Assembly: GCA_963555825.3 (NCBI GenBank)
Contig: CAUVXB020000002.1
Coordinates: 1,248,001 to 1,312,000, forward strand
Direction: 5' to 3'
Source of the DNA: Alphaproteobacteria bacterium
GTDB taxonomy: Bacteria; Pseudomonadota; Alphaproteobacteria; JAAXGF01
DNA length: 64,000 nucleotides
Shown: positions 42,545-53,090 of the stretch, in pieces
Layout of the letters: the number at the start of each line of letters is the position of its first letter
How positions within the stretch are numbered: the stretch's first letter is position 1
Made by a program: the position numbers and the translations under genes
Notes under the pieces: generated by a model
Told to the model about the DNA's origin: nothing
Seen by the model: only the letters and a program-made list of their open reading frames with translations
The model's database searches: none

Positions 42545-43812
42545 CACGCGTCGCCCAGCCAGTCGGGAAATTGCTCTAGCTCGACCATCTCATCGAAACT
42601 CGGCCGGCGGCGAACGACGGCGAAATCGGCGCCCTTGACGAGCACCTCGGGCACCAGCGGCCGCGAATTGTAGCTCGAAGACATGACCGCACCATACGCA
42701 CCCGCCGACCGGATCGCCAGTAAATCTCCCGCGATCACGGGCGTGAGCGGCCGGTCCTTGGCGAACACGTCGCCGCTCTCGCAAATCGGGCCGGCGATGT
42801 CGACCGGCGCGGCAATCGCGTCATCCGGCGGCGCGATGACCGGTTCGATCTGGTGATAGGCGTCGTACATCGCCGGGCGCAGCAGGTCGTTGAACGCCGC
42901 GTCGACGATGACGAAGCCGCGCGCATCGGTCTGCTTGACGTACAAGACGCGCGTCACCAGCACGCCGGCGTTGCCGATCACCATGCGGCCGGGTTCAAAC
43001 AACAGGTGGCAGTCGAGCCCGGCGGTGACGCGCTTGACCATTGCGGCGTAATCGTCGGGCGTCGGCGGCGTCTCGTCGGCGTAGCGGATGCCGAGGCCGC
43101 CACCGAGGTCGAGCGTCGCGATGTCGTGGCCGGTGGCGCGCAAGGCGCGCACCATGTCGGCGACGCGGCCGAAAGCCTGTTCGTGCGGTCCGAGATCGGT
43201 GACCTGCGAGCCGATATGAACGGCGATGCCGACCAACGCCAGGCCCGGCGCGGCGGCCACGTGGTCGGCCGCCTCGGGCGCCGATTGGTATGCGATGCCG
43301 AATTTGTTGTGGCGCATGCCGGTCGAAATCTTGTCGTGGGTCCGCGCGTCGACGTCGGGGTTGATGCGCAGCGCGACCGGCGCGACGGCGCCGAGGCCCT
43401 GCGCGGCCGCGTCGAGCACCTCGATCTCGCGTAAACTCTCGACGTTGAACTGCATGATGCCGGCCGCGATGCCGCGCGCCATCTCGTCACGCGTCTTGCC
43501 GACGCCCGAGAAGACGATCTTGTCGGCCGGAATGCCGGCGGCGAGCGCGCGTTCGAGCTCGCCGACCGAGACCACGTCGGCGCCGGCGCCGAGCGCCGCC
43601 ATGACACGCACGACGGCAAGGTTGGAGTTCGCCTTGAGCGAATAGCAGACGGTTGCCGAAACGTCGGCGAAGGCGGCGGAGAAGACCCGGTAATGACGCT
43701 CGATGGTCGCCGTCGAATAGCAGTAGAACGGCGTCCCGACGGCCTCGGCGACGTCGGCGAGCGCGACATCCTCGGCGTGCAGCGCGCCGTCCTTGAAGTC
43801 GAAGTGGTTCAT
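42544..43812 (-). CDS. lysA: Diaminopimelate decarboxylase
   Basis: YSLKANSN, FSGVGK, HIGSQ, EPGR, GPICESGD, GAYG. Confidence 0.95.
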   Translation of the reverse strand: MNHFDFKDGALHAEDVALADVAEAVGTPFYCYSTATIERHYRVFSAAFADVSATVCYSLKANSNLAVVRVMAALGAGADVVSVGELERALAAGIPADKIVFSGVGKTRDEMARGIAAGIMQFNVESLREIEVLDAAAQGLGAVAPVALRINPDVDARTHDKISTGMRHNKFGIAYQSAPEAADHVAAAPGLALVGIAVHIGSQVTDLGPHEQAFGRVADMVRALRATGHDIATLDLGGGLGIRYADETPPTPDDYAAMVKRVTAGLDCHLLFEPGRMVIGNAGVLVTRVLYVKQTDARGFVIVDAAFNDLLRPAMYDAYHQIEPVIAPPDDAIAAPVDIAGPICESGDVFAKDRPLTPVIAGDLLAIRSAGAYGAVMSSSYNSRPLVPEVLVKGADFAVVRRRPSFDEMVELEQFPDWLGDA

Positions 43813-43943
43813 GCCACCCGCGGCGACGCCTGTTCCGCCTGGGCGCTCTCGGGCGGCGCCTCGAGCGCCCCCTTGCGGCCACAGGAGGTCAACCCGCCGG
43901 CGATCACGGCGGCGAGCAGCACGAGGACGACGATGCGCCTCAC
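43809..43943 (-). CDS. Small lipoprotein, LptM/LppL-like
   Basis: [13 protein letters not shown] lipobox; GTG overlaps argH stop, stop overlaps lysA ATG. Confidence 0.82.
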   Translation of the reverse strand: MRRIVVLVLLAAVIAGGLTSCGRKGALEAPPESAQAEQASPRVA

Positions 43944-45358
43944 AGGTAACGCTCCCGCGCGGCAGCCACCGCCTGGCGCACCCTTTCGGGCGCCGTGCCG
44001 CCGAAGCTGGTGCGGCTCTCGACCGCGCTCTCGACCGCGAGCACGGCGTAGACGCGCTCGTCGATGCGCGGCTCGACGCCCCGCAGCACCTCGAGCGGCA
44101 GATCGGCGAGTCGCGCGCCGTGCTCTTCGGCGAGCCGCACGATCGAGCCGACGACGTGATGCGCGTCGCGAAACGGCAGCGCCAACTCGCGCACCAGCCA
44201 GTCGGCGAGGTCGGTGGCGGTGATGAAGCCGGCTTCGGTCGAGGCGCGCATGGCGTCGGCATCGACCGTCATGTCGCGCACCATGCCGGCCATCGCGCGC
44301 AGCGATACCGAGACCGTATCGGCGGCGTCGAACAGCGGCTCCTTGTCCTCCTGCATGTCCTTGGCGAAGGTCATGGCGAGACCCTTGAGCGTGGTCAACA
44401 GCGCGACCAGCGCGCCGACCACGCGGCCCGTTTTTCCACGCACCAGCTCGGCGGCATCGGGGTTGCGCTTTTGCGGCATGATCGAAGAGCCGGTGGTGAA
44501 GGCGTCCGACAGGCGGACGAAGCCGAACTGCGCACTCGACCACATGACCATCTCCTCGGCGAGACGCGAGAGATGGATCGCGCAGAGCGCGGCGGTGGCC
44601 AGGAACTCGACGATGAAGTCGCGGTCCGAGACGGCGTCCATCGAGTTGGCGCAAGGCCGGTCGAAGCCGAGCGCCGCGGCGGTCGCATCGCGGTCGATCG
44701 GGAACGACGTGCCGGCCAGCGCGGCGGCGCCCAGCGGGCATTCGTTGAGCCGTACGCGGCCGTCGGCGAGGCGCCCCCGGTCGCGGCCGAACATCTCGAC
44801 ATAGGCCATCATGTGGTGGCCGAAGGTGACCGGCTGGGCTGGTTGCAAATGGGTCATGCCGGGCGTCACGGTGGCGGCGTGGCGCTCGGCCTGGTCGATC
44901 AGCGCGGCCTGCAGCGCCTGCAGCTCGCCGTCGATGCGGTCGATCGTTTCACGTAGCCACAGCCGCATGTCGGTCGCCACCTGGTCGTTGCGCGAGCGCC
45001 CGGTGTGCAGGCGCCCGGCGGCATCGCCGATGAGCGCGCGCAGGCGCGCCTCGACATTCATATGGATGTCCTCGAGGCCGCGCTCGAATTCGAACGCGCC
45101 GCGTTCGAATTCGCCCTGGATACGGTCGAGGCCGGCGTTGATCGCGTCGCCATCCTCTCTTGTCAAGATGCCCTGGGCGACTAACATTGAACAATGGGCC
45201 TTCGAACCGGCGATGTCCTGGGCATAGAACCGCCTGTCGAAATCGATCGACGGGTTGATCTCGTCCATGACCTCGGCGGGACCGGTCGCGAAACGCCCGC
45301 CCCACATGGGGTTGGCGTCGCTCGCCGGGGGCGGCTTTTGACGGGCCTCGTCGCTCAT
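43940..45358 (-). CDS. argH: Argininosuccinate lyase
   Basis: [37 protein letters not shown]. Confidence 0.96.
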   Translation of the reverse strand: MSDEARQKPPPASDANPMWGGRFATGPAEVMDEINPSIDFDRRFYAQDIAGSKAHCSMLVAQGILTREDGDAINAGLDRIQGEFERGAFEFERGLEDIHMNVEARLRALIGDAAGRLHTGRSRNDQVATDMRLWLRETIDRIDGELQALQAALIDQAERHAATVTPGMTHLQPAQPVTFGHHMMAYVEMFGRDRGRLADGRVRLNECPLGAAALAGTSFPIDRDATAAALGFDRPCANSMDAVSDRDFIVEFLATAALCAIHLSRLAEEMVMWSSAQFGFVRLSDAFTTGSSIMPQKRNPDAAELVRGKTGRVVGALVALLTTLKGLAMTFAKDMQEDKEPLFDAADTVSVSLRAMAGMVRDMTVDADAMRASTEAGFITATDLADWLVRELALPFRDAHHVVGSIVRLAEEHGARLADLPLEVLRGVEPRIDERVYAVLAVESAVESRTSFGGTAPERVRQAVAAARERYL

Positions 45359-45388
45359 GGCATGGCCCCTGATTGGATGTCTAAACGC

Positions 45389-45982
45389 ATGTCGAATTTC
45401 GCGGTTTTGGTGGCGCGGCTGGTCGTGGCGGCCATTGTGACGGCATTCGCCGCACAATCAAGCGTCGCGGGGACCGACGCCGCGGCCGGCGCAGCCGAGG
45501 CGCCGCCCGGCTTCGCCTTCGTGACGCCGCCGCGCGCGGTGCCCGATATGGCCTTTCTTACCGCCGATGGCGAGACCAGCGTGGCCGCCTACCGCGGCAA
45601 GGTCGTGGTGCTCAACTTCTGGGCCACCTGGTGCGCGCCTTGCGTGCGCGAGATGCCCTCGCTCGACCGCCTGCAGGCGATGCTCGGCGGCGACGAACTC
45701 GAGGTCGTCGCCTTGAGCGAAGACCGCGGCGGCATGCCGCTGGTGGTGGGTTTCTACGAGAAATACGGCCTCGAACACCTCGCCCGGTATCTCGACCCGC
45801 TGGGCCGCGTCGCCGCCGCGCTCGGCGTCGTCGGCATGCCGACGACGGTCGTCATCGATCGCGAGGGCCGCGAAATCGGCCGCATGGTCGGACCGACCGA
45901 ATGGGACAGCCCCGCGGCGCTCGCGCTGGTCCGCGGCGTGCTCGGTGGCGAACCGAAGGTCGACAGCGCCGCCGTCGAGTAG
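45389..45982 (+). CDS. tlpA: TlpA-family thiol-disulfide oxidoreductase
   Basis: [23 protein letters not shown]; divergent from argH. Confidence 0.9.
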   Translation: MSNFAVLVARLVVAAIVTAFAAQSSVAGTDAAAGAAEAPPGFAFVTPPRAVPDMAFLTADGETSVAAYRGKVVVLNFWATWCAPCVREMPSLDRLQAMLGGDELEVVALSEDRGGMPLVVGFYEKYGLEHLARYLDPLGRVAAALGVVGMPTTVVIDREGREIGRMVGPTEWDSPAALALVRGVLGGEPKVDSAAVE

Positions 45983-46001
45983 AGATGCACCGAGGAACCA
46001 A

Positions 46002-48344
46002 GTGAACCGGAGGGAGCGGCGGGCGGCCAAGGCGCAGCGTCAGGGCCGGCCCGTTACCGGCGGATCGGCGGCGGCGGACGCCGAGATCAGCGCGGCGCTG
46101 GCGCATCACCAGGCCGGCCGGCTGGCCGAGGCCGAGCGGCTCTACGCAGCGATCCTGGCGCGCGAGCCCGAGCACGCCGAGGCGCTACGCCTGCTGAGCG
46201 TCATCGCGTTCCAGCAGGGCGACGCCGGCCGCGCGGCCGCGTTGGCGACCCAGGTCATCGCCGTCGCGCCGAATTACGCCGAGGCGCATTACACCATGGG
46301 CATGGCGCAGAAGGCCCTGGGCGACGCCGAGGCGGCGCTGGCGTCATACCGCAAGGCCGTCAAGCTGAAGCCCGATTTCGCCGAGGCCCACAACAACCTG
46401 GGCAATCTGCTCAGCGATCTGGGCGATGCCGAGGCGGCGATCGTCGCGCTCCGCAAGGCGCTGGCGTTGCAGCCTAGTTTCGCCGAGGCACACGATAATC
46501 TCGGCAGCGCGCTGTTCGGACAAGGCCGGCTGGCCGACGCGGCGGCGGCCTACAGGAAGGCCCTGGCGATCGAACCCGACAACGTCGAATCTCTCAACAA
46601 TCTGGGCAACGCACTCAGGGGCCTGGGCGATCTGCCGGCGGCGGTCGAGACTTTCCACAAGGCGCTCGCACTGGCGCCCGATTTCGTCGCCGCGCACAGC
46701 AACCTGGGCGGCGCGCTCAACGATCAGGGCCGGCCGGACGAGGCGTTCGACGCATACCGAGCGGCGCTGGCGCTGGCGCCCGACGACGCCGCGGTGCACA
46801 ATAATCTGGGCACGACACTGATCTACCAGGGCAAGGCGGACGAAGCGGAGGCGGCGTTCCGCCAGGCGCTCGCGCTGGCGCCCGACTTCGCCGATGCGCA
46901 CAACAACCTGGGCAACGCGCTCCGCGACAAGAGCCAGTGGCAGGACGCGGTCATCGCCTACCGAGCCGCCTTGGCGCTGGCGCCCGATTTCGCCGCCGCG
47001 CACAACAACCTGGGCGGCGCGCTCAAGGACCAGGGCCGGCTGGCCGAGGCGATCGCGGCCTACCGCGCATCGATTGCGCACAAGCCCGACTTCGCGGCGG
47101 CGCACAGCAATCTCGTGTTCAGCATGAACTACGACGCGGCGGCGACGCAGCAAACCATCTTCGCCGAGAGCCGGGCCTGGCACGAGAGCCACGCGGCGGC
47201 GCTCGGCCGACGCGCGCCCGGCCATGCCAACGCGCGCGATCCCGAGCGTCGGCTACGCGTCGGTTACGTCTCGCCCGACTTTCGCGAGCATTCGGTGGCC
47301 TATTTCCTGGAACCACTGATCGCCGCCCACGACCGCGCCGCATTCGAGGTGTTCTGCTATGCCCAGGTCGCCAGGCCCGACCAGCGGACCGAGCGATTCC
47401 GCGGCCTCGCGGACACGTGGCGTTCGACGGTCGGCATGACAGATGCCGACTTGGCGACGGCCGTTCGCGAAGACCGCATCGACATCCTCGTCGACCTCGC
47501 GGGTCACACCGGCGGCAATCGCCTGCTCGCCTTCGCCCGCCGGCCGGCACCGGTGCAGCTAAGCTGGCTCGGCTATCCGAACACGACCGGGACGGAAGCG
47601 ATCGACGCGCGGCTGACCGATGCCATCGCCGACCCGCCCGGGCCAAGCGACGCGCTGCACAGCGAGACGCTCGTCCGCCTGCCGAACGGCTTCCTCTGCT
47701 ACGCGCCGACGGCCGATGCGCCGGCGATCGGCGCACCGCCTGCCCGGTCGACCGGCCACGTCACCTTCGGCTCGTTCAACGCACTCGCCAAGATCACGCC
47801 GGCGGTGGTCGCGGCGTGGGCGCGCATTCTCCTCGGGGTGCCGGGTTCCCGCTTGGTGATCAAGAGCGGCCCGCTCGCCGACGCGGCGACACGGGCGCGC
47901 TATCTGGAAATGTTGGCCGCCGCGGGCGTCGACGCCGGGCGGGTCGATCTGCGCGCCTGGATCGACGCGCGCAGCGGGCACCTCGGCGCATACGCCAACA
48001 TCGACATCGGCCTCGATCCGTTTCCCTACAACGGCACGACGACGACCTGCGAGGCGCTCTGGATGGGCGTGCCCGTGGTCACGCTGGCGGGCGATCGGCA
48101 CGCCGGCCGGGTCGGCGCGAGCCTGTTGACGCGGATCGGCCTCGCCGAACTGGTTGCCGATACGACGGACGGCTATGTCGAGACCGCCGTGCACTTCGCT
48201 GGCGACCTCGACGGCCTTCCGGCGCGCCGTCTGGCGTTGCGCGATCGCATGATGTCATCGCCGCTCTGCGACGCGGCCGGCTTCGCCCGCGACGTCGAGG
48301 CCGCCTACCGCGCGATGTGGCGCCGCTGGTGCGCCGGCCAGTAA
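46002..48344 (+). CDS. TPR-repeat GT41 glycosyltransferase (SPINDLY/OGT family)
   Basis: About 9-10 TPRs (PDFAEAHNNLG), then GYVSPDFREHSV, DLAGHT, WLGYPNTTG, FGSFNxxxK, LDPFPYNGTTTTCEALWMGVP. Confidence 0.93.
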   Translation: MNRRERRAAKAQRQGRPVTGGSAAADAEISAALAHHQAGRLAEAERLYAAILAREPEHAEALRLLSVIAFQQGDAGRAAALATQVIAVAPNYAEAHYTMGMAQKALGDAEAALASYRKAVKLKPDFAEAHNNLGNLLSDLGDAEAAIVALRKALALQPSFAEAHDNLGSALFGQGRLADAAAAYRKALAIEPDNVESLNNLGNALRGLGDLPAAVETFHKALALAPDFVAAHSNLGGALNDQGRPDEAFDAYRAALALAPDDAAVHNNLGTTLIYQGKADEAEAAFRQALALAPDFADAHNNLGNALRDKSQWQDAVIAYRAALALAPDFAAAHNNLGGALKDQGRLAEAIAAYRASIAHKPDFAAAHSNLVFSMNYDAAATQQTIFAESRAWHESHAAALGRRAPGHANARDPERRLRVGYVSPDFREHSVAYFLEPLIAAHDRAAFEVFCYAQVARPDQRTERFRGLADTWRSTVGMTDADLATAVREDRIDILVDLAGHTGGNRLLAFARRPAPVQLSWLGYPNTTGTEAIDARLTDAIADPPGPSDALHSETLVRLPNGFLCYAPTADAPAIGAPPARSTGHVTFGSFNALAKITPAVVAAWARILLGVPGSRLVIKSGPLADAATRARYLEMLAAAGVDAGRVDLRAWIDARSGHLGAYANIDIGLDPFPYNGTTTTCEALWMGVPVVTLAGDRHAGRVGASLLTRIGLAELVADTTDGYVETAVHFAGDLDGLPARRLALRDRMMSSPLCDAAGFARDVEAAYRAMWRRWCAGQ

Positions 48345-49518
48345 TACCGCATCCGGCTGATCAGTTCGGATAGATGGTTTTGGGCCACCAGTGGAAGTCG
48401 ATACGCCCCTTGAAGAGTTCGGGATTGGCATCGAGAGTGAGGCAGCGCCGGGCGACGACGGCGTCGAGTTCCTCGATGGTCTCGAAGTGTCTGTTTGCGA
48501 CCGGCTCGTCGAGTACGGGCCAGAGACATTCGGCCGGTTGCAGCTGGGGCGTATAGGGCGGCAAGTAGACGAGGTGGAGGCCTTCCGGCACCGTGAGGTT
48601 CGGCGCCGTGTGCCACCCGGCGCCGTCGATCACCAGGATGATGATGCGGCTCTGCCCAGCGCCGGCCTCGCGGGCGAAGAGGGCGAGCAGCTTCTCGAAG
48701 AATGGCTTGGAGACACAATTGGAGATGTACCAAAAGGTCTCTCCGCTGGTCGGCGAGACGAGGGCGGTGACGTAGAGCCATTTGAAGCGGTGGTGGCCGA
48801 GCGCCACCGGGCGCATCCCGCGCGGCGCCCAGCAGCGCCGGGCCAATGGCTTCAGACCGAGCCGGTGTTCGTCGCTGGCGAAGACTTCGATCGGCGTGCC
48901 GGGGTGGCGCTCGGCTTCTTCCGCGACCAGGCGGTGAAGTTTTTTTTAAACGCCTGGCGTTCTTCCTCGCTCGCCGCCCCGGGGTTGTTCGGCCTGGGCA
49001 CCTGCAAACTCCACTCGACTGCCTTCAGCGCCTCCCAGCCCCGTTGCGGCGCCACCGTCTCCAAGCCCAGTTCGCCCGCCATCCAAGCCGCCACCTTCGG
49101 CCCAGACCACAAGCCGCCGTCCGCCGGCGGCTTTTTCAGGCGCTCTTTCAACACCGCCAGGACTTCCGGCTTCAGGATCGTCGCCTCGGAGCCGTTCGAG
49201 CGTCGACGATCGCCCAGCGACGACGGGCCGAGCTTGTTGTAGCGAGAAAGCAATTGTTCGAGCCAGCGTTGGCCGAAACTCGTCATCTCCGACACTTCGC
49301 GAACCGTATGGCCTTTGGCCAAAAGCCAGATCACCTGGAAGTGCCGCGCCTCCGTCGCCTCCGACGCCGAGCGATACCGTCCCTCCAACTCAGAAAGCTG
49401 CAAATGTTCCTCGACATGCGCCATGTCCCGCCCCTCCGCGAATCATGACTACGGATCCTAACCCTTTCCGATTCCAACGGGAATCCGTCGCAACCGAATC
49501 ATTCAGGCGGAGTCGGTA
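48345..49518 (-). mobile_element. IS630-family insertion sequence with frameshifted transposase
   Basis: Imperfect IRs TACCGCATCCGGCTGA / TACCGACTCCGCCTGA; TA at both ends. Confidence 0.9.
48361..49424 (-). CDS. IS630 transposase (HTH orfA + DDE orfB joined by a -1 frameshift at A8, 48940-48947)
   Basis: orfA ...AFKKN; orfB DEHRLG, IDGAGWH, LPPYTPQLQPAE. Confidence 0.9.
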
Positions 49519-49596
49519 TAATTCGCCTTCACCGGCATAACATGCGGCCCTGGATGCGGCATCATCGCGTCAGCGAAGCGAGGGAGGGACGGTATC

Positions 49597-50040
49597 ATGA
49601 CGGCGTTCGAAGCGACGGGCGGGTGCCTGTGCGGCGCGCTGCGGTTCCGCATAACGGTCAAACCCGATCTGGCCTTCTATTGCCATTGCCGCATGTGCCA
49701 GAAGGCCGGCCGGATGGCCGTCGCCACGGTGCCCATAGCGGATTTCACCTACACCGAGGGGGAACCCCTGGCATACGAATCGACACCGGGTTGGTTGCGG
49801 GTCTTCTGTGCCGTCTGCGGAACGTCCCTGGGCTTGCGTGCGGCCGGCGAACCGAAGCTGATGGATGTCACGCTGGCGTGCCTCGACGATCTAAGCGCCA
49901 TCGTGCCGACGTTCCACCAGTACACCGCGAGTCAGGCGCCATACCTCGACTTCGCCGACGGCCTGCCCCAGCACCCCGGGGTCGCCCCGGAGGTCGACGA
50001 TCTGTGGAGCCGAATCGAGGGCTGGCAGCAGCCCGAATAG
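49597..50040 (+). CDS. GFA / CENP-V family zinc protein
   Basis: GGCLCGA, CHCRMCQK, FCAVCGT. Confidence 0.9.
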   Translation: MTAFEATGGCLCGALRFRITVKPDLAFYCHCRMCQKAGRMAVATVPIADFTYTEGEPLAYESTPGWLRVFCAVCGTSLGLRAAGEPKLMDVTLACLDDLSAIVPTFHQYTASQAPYLDFADGLPQHPGVAPEVDDLWSRIEGWQQPE

Positions 50041-50046
50041 TTGCGC

Positions 50047-50919
50047 TCATCGCGTCGGTACCGGCGTGTCGCCCGTGTAGTCGTAGAAGCCACGGCCCGA
50101 CTTGCGACCGTGCCAGCCGGCCTCGACGTATTTGACCAGCAGCGGGCACGGCCGGTACTTGGTATCGGCGAGGCCCTCGTACAGCACCTGCATGACCGAG
50201 AGGCAGACGTCGAGGCCGATGAAGTCGGCGAGCTCGAACGGACCCATCGGATGGTTGGCGCCGAGCTTCATGGCGGTATCGATCGATTCGACCGAGCCGA
50301 CGCCCTCGTAGAGCGTGTAGATCGCCTCGTTGATCATCGGCAGCAGCACGCGGTTGACCATGAAGGCGGGGAAATCCTCCGAGTTGACCGGTGTCTTGCC
50401 GAGCTTCAGCGCCACCTCGCGCACCGCCTTGAAGGTCTCCTCCTCGGTCGCCAGTCCGCGTATCAGCTCGACCAGCTGCATCAACGGCACCGGGTTCATG
50501 AAATGAATGCCCATGAACTTGCCGGGCCGATCGGTGCCGGCGCCGAGCCGCGTCACCGAGATCGACGAGGTGTTGGTCGCCATGATCGCCTCGGGTCTCA
50601 GCACCGCCGAGAGATGGCGCAGGATATCGCTCTTGGTCGCCTCGTCCTCGATCGCCGATTCGATCACCAGATCGCAGTCGGCGAGGTCGTCGTAGCCGTC
50701 CGCCGCGGTGATGCGCGCGAGCGCCGCGGCCTTGTCGTCCGCGCTGATGATCTCGCGCGCGACCTGGCGGTCCATGTTTTGGGCGACCAACTTGAGCGCG
50801 TGCTCGACACGCTCCTTCGAGATGTCGATGATCCGCGTCTCATAGCCCGCGAGCGCGCAGACATGGGCGATGCCATTGCCCATCCGGCCGGCGCCGACGA
50901 TGCCGATTATTTCGATCAT
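50047..50919 (-). CDS. hbd: 3-hydroxybutyryl-CoA dehydrogenase
   Basis: GAGRMGNGIA, TNTSSISVT, HFMNPVP, HPMGP, YRPCPLL. Confidence 0.93.
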   Translation of the reverse strand: MIEIIGIVGAGRMGNGIAHVCALAGYETRIIDISKERVEHALKLVAQNMDRQVAREIISADDKAAALARITAADGYDDLADCDLVIESAIEDEATKSDILRHLSAVLRPEAIMATNTSSISVTRLGAGTDRPGKFMGIHFMNPVPLMQLVELIRGLATEEETFKAVREVALKLGKTPVNSEDFPAFMVNRVLLPMINEAIYTLYEGVGSVESIDTAMKLGANHPMGPFELADFIGLDVCLSVMQVLYEGLADTKYRPCPLLVKYVEAGWHGRKSGRGFYDYTGDTPVPTR

Positions 50920-50950
50920 GGGCCGGCGGCCTCCGTCGTTGGTTGCGGGG

Positions 50951-51892
50951 TCACGCGGATTTTTCCAGCTCCGCCTTGAGCTCGGGCAGGAGCGTGAACA
51001 GGTCGCCGACGATGCCGTAGTCGGCGACCTGGAAGATGGGCGCCTCCTCGTCCTTGTTGATCGCGACGATGACCTTCGAATCCTTCATGCCCGCGAGATG
51101 CTGGATGGCGCCCGAGATGCCGACCGCGATGTACAGCTCGGGCGCGACGATCTTGCCGGTCTGGCCGACCTGGTACTCGTTGGGTACATAGCCCGCGTCG
51201 ACCGCGGCGCGCGATGCGCCGACCGCGGCGCCCAAGAGATCGGCGATCTCCTCGAGCATGTGGAAGTTGTCGCCCGACTGCATGCCGCGGCCGCCCGAAA
51301 TGACGACGCCCGCGCTGACCAGCTCGGGCCGCTCCGAGCTCGACAGCTCGGCGCCTACGAAGCTCGAAAGACCCGCGTCGCCCGGCCCCGAGATCGCCTC
51401 GACCGCGGCCGTCCCGCCTTCCGCGGCGGCGGCCTCGAATGCCGTGGTGCGCACGGTGACGAGCTTGACCGCGTCGGTCGCCTGCACGGTGGCGAAGGCG
51501 TTGCCGGCATAGATCGGTCGCACGAAGGTGTCGGCCGAAACCACCTCGATGATGTCGGAGACCTGCGCGACGTCCAACAGCGCCGCGGCGCGCGGCATGA
51601 TGTTCTTGCCGCTCGTGTTGTGCGCGGCGAGCACGTGGCTGTAGCCAGGCGCGAGCTGGGCGATGAGCGGCGCGACGTTCTCGGCGAGGCGGTGACCGTA
51701 GGCCGCGTCGTCGGCGACCAGCACCTTGGCGACGCCGGCGACCTTGGCGGCGGCGGCGCCGACGGCGGCGCAATCCTGCCCGGTGACGACGACGTGAATG
51801 TCGGCATCGAGCTGCGCCGCGGCCGTGACGACGTTGAGCGTCGCGACCTTTAGTTCCGCGTTATCGTGTTCGGCGAAGACCAGGACAGACAT
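50951..51892 (-). CDS. etfA: Electron transfer flavoprotein alpha subunit
   Basis: [38 protein letters not shown]. Confidence 0.96.
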   Translation of the reverse strand: MSVLVFAEHDNAELKVATLNVVTAAAQLDADIHVVVTGQDCAAVGAAAAKVAGVAKVLVADDAAYGHRLAENVAPLIAQLAPGYSHVLAAHNTSGKNIMPRAAALLDVAQVSDIIEVVSADTFVRPIYAGNAFATVQATDAVKLVTVRTTAFEAAAAEGGTAAVEAISGPGDAGLSSFVGAELSSSERPELVSAGVVISGGRGMQSGDNFHMLEEIADLLGAAVGASRAAVDAGYVPNEYQVGQTGKIVAPELYIAVGISGAIQHLAGMKDSKVIVAINKDEEAPIFQVADYGIVGDLFTLLPELKAELEKSA

Positions 51893-52641
51893 CAGATAAC
51901 CCCCGCTTCATCGCGCAGTTTTGCGACCAGCTCGGCGACATCGGCGACCTTCACGCCGGCCTGGCGCTTGGGCGGCTCGACGACCTTGTGGACGACCAGC
52001 CGGGGCGTCACGTCGACGCCCAGGTCCTCGGGCGTCTTGACGTCGATCGGCTTCTTCTTGGCCTTCATGATGTTGGGCAGCGAAGCGTAGCGCGGCTCGT
52101 TGAGGCGCAAGTCCGTGGTCATCACGATCGGCATCTTGAGCGACACCGTCTCGAGGCCGCCGTCGACCTCGCGCGTACACCGCGCGCTGCCGTTCTCGAT
52201 GACGAGTTTCGAGGTGAAGGTGCCCTGCGCCCAGCCGAGCAGCGCCGACAGCATCTGGCCGGTCTGGCTCGAATCGTCGTCGATCGCCTGCTTGCCGAGG
52301 ATGACCAGGTCGGGCGCCTCTTCGTCGACCACCGCCTTGAGCAGCTTGGCGACGGCGAGCGGCTGCAGCTCGACATCGGTCTGGACCATGATGCCGCGGT
52401 CGGCGCCCATGGCGAGCGCCGTGCGGATCGTCTCCTGGCATCGCTCGATGCCGAGCGAGACGGCGATGATCTCGTTCGCCGTGCCGGCCTCCTTGAGGCG
52501 TATCGCCTCCTCGACGCCGATCTCATCGAACGGATTCATCGACATCTTGACGTTGGCGGTCTCGACACCCGTCTGGTCCGCCTTGACGCGCACCTTGACA
52601 TAGGCATCGATCACCCGCTTCACGGCGACGAGGACTTTCAT
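51892..52641 (-). CDS. etfB: Electron transfer flavoprotein beta subunit
   Basis: [32 protein letters not shown]. Confidence 0.96.
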   Translation of the reverse strand: MKVLVAVKRVIDAYVKVRVKADQTGVETANVKMSMNPFDEIGVEEAIRLKEAGTANEIIAVSLGIERCQETIRTALAMGADRGIMVQTDVELQPLAVAKLLKAVVDEEAPDLVILGKQAIDDDSSQTGQMLSALLGWAQGTFTSKLVIENGSARCTREVDGGLETVSLKMPIVMTTDLRLNEPRYASLPNIMKAKKKPIDVKTPEDLGVDVTPRLVVHKVVEPPKRQAGVKVADVAELVAKLRDEAGVI

Positions 52642-52657
52642 GCGGCACGACTCCGAT

Positions 52658-52926
52658 GTGATACCAAGGAGCAATGATTAAGACCCCTAGAGATCGCGTC
52701 CGCTTTTCGCCGGGTAGGAAGGGAGCCGCGGGCGATGCAGCGCATCGTCGAGGTTTCCTGACGCCCTCCGGCGATAAGCGGCCGCGACCCGAAGGGCGGC
52801 TTGCCGTGGCTCTCGGACGTCGTTCCGCCCGCCTTGCGATGCGCTGCATCGCCGTGACGGGCGCGCCTAGCCGAAAACCACGGGAAGCCGTCTCTAGGGG
52901 TCTTAATCATTGATCCTTGGTATCAC
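52658..52926. mobile_element. 269-bp palindromic MITE-like element
   Basis: 36-bp IR GTGATACCAAGGAGCAATGATTAAGACCCCTAGAGA (1 mismatch) plus inner IR GCGATGCAGCGCATCG. Confidence 0.8.
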
Positions 52927-53090
52927 GCACTGGGGTGCAATCGGCGGGACTGAAAACGCGCGAACCCAGCGTCGTCGCCGGGGTCATTTCGCAGCCGCAC
53001 ACTATCGCCGGCTTTTGGGGATGTCAACGGGCTGTCACAGCCGTTTGAACGCCGTTGTGCGCTGCGGTCGAAGCGACTGTTTCGAGCGCC

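Noticed and set aside
52638-52913. Two opposite-strand ORFs both starting MIKTPRD
   Set aside because: Direct consequence of the inverted repeat; no evidence of coding
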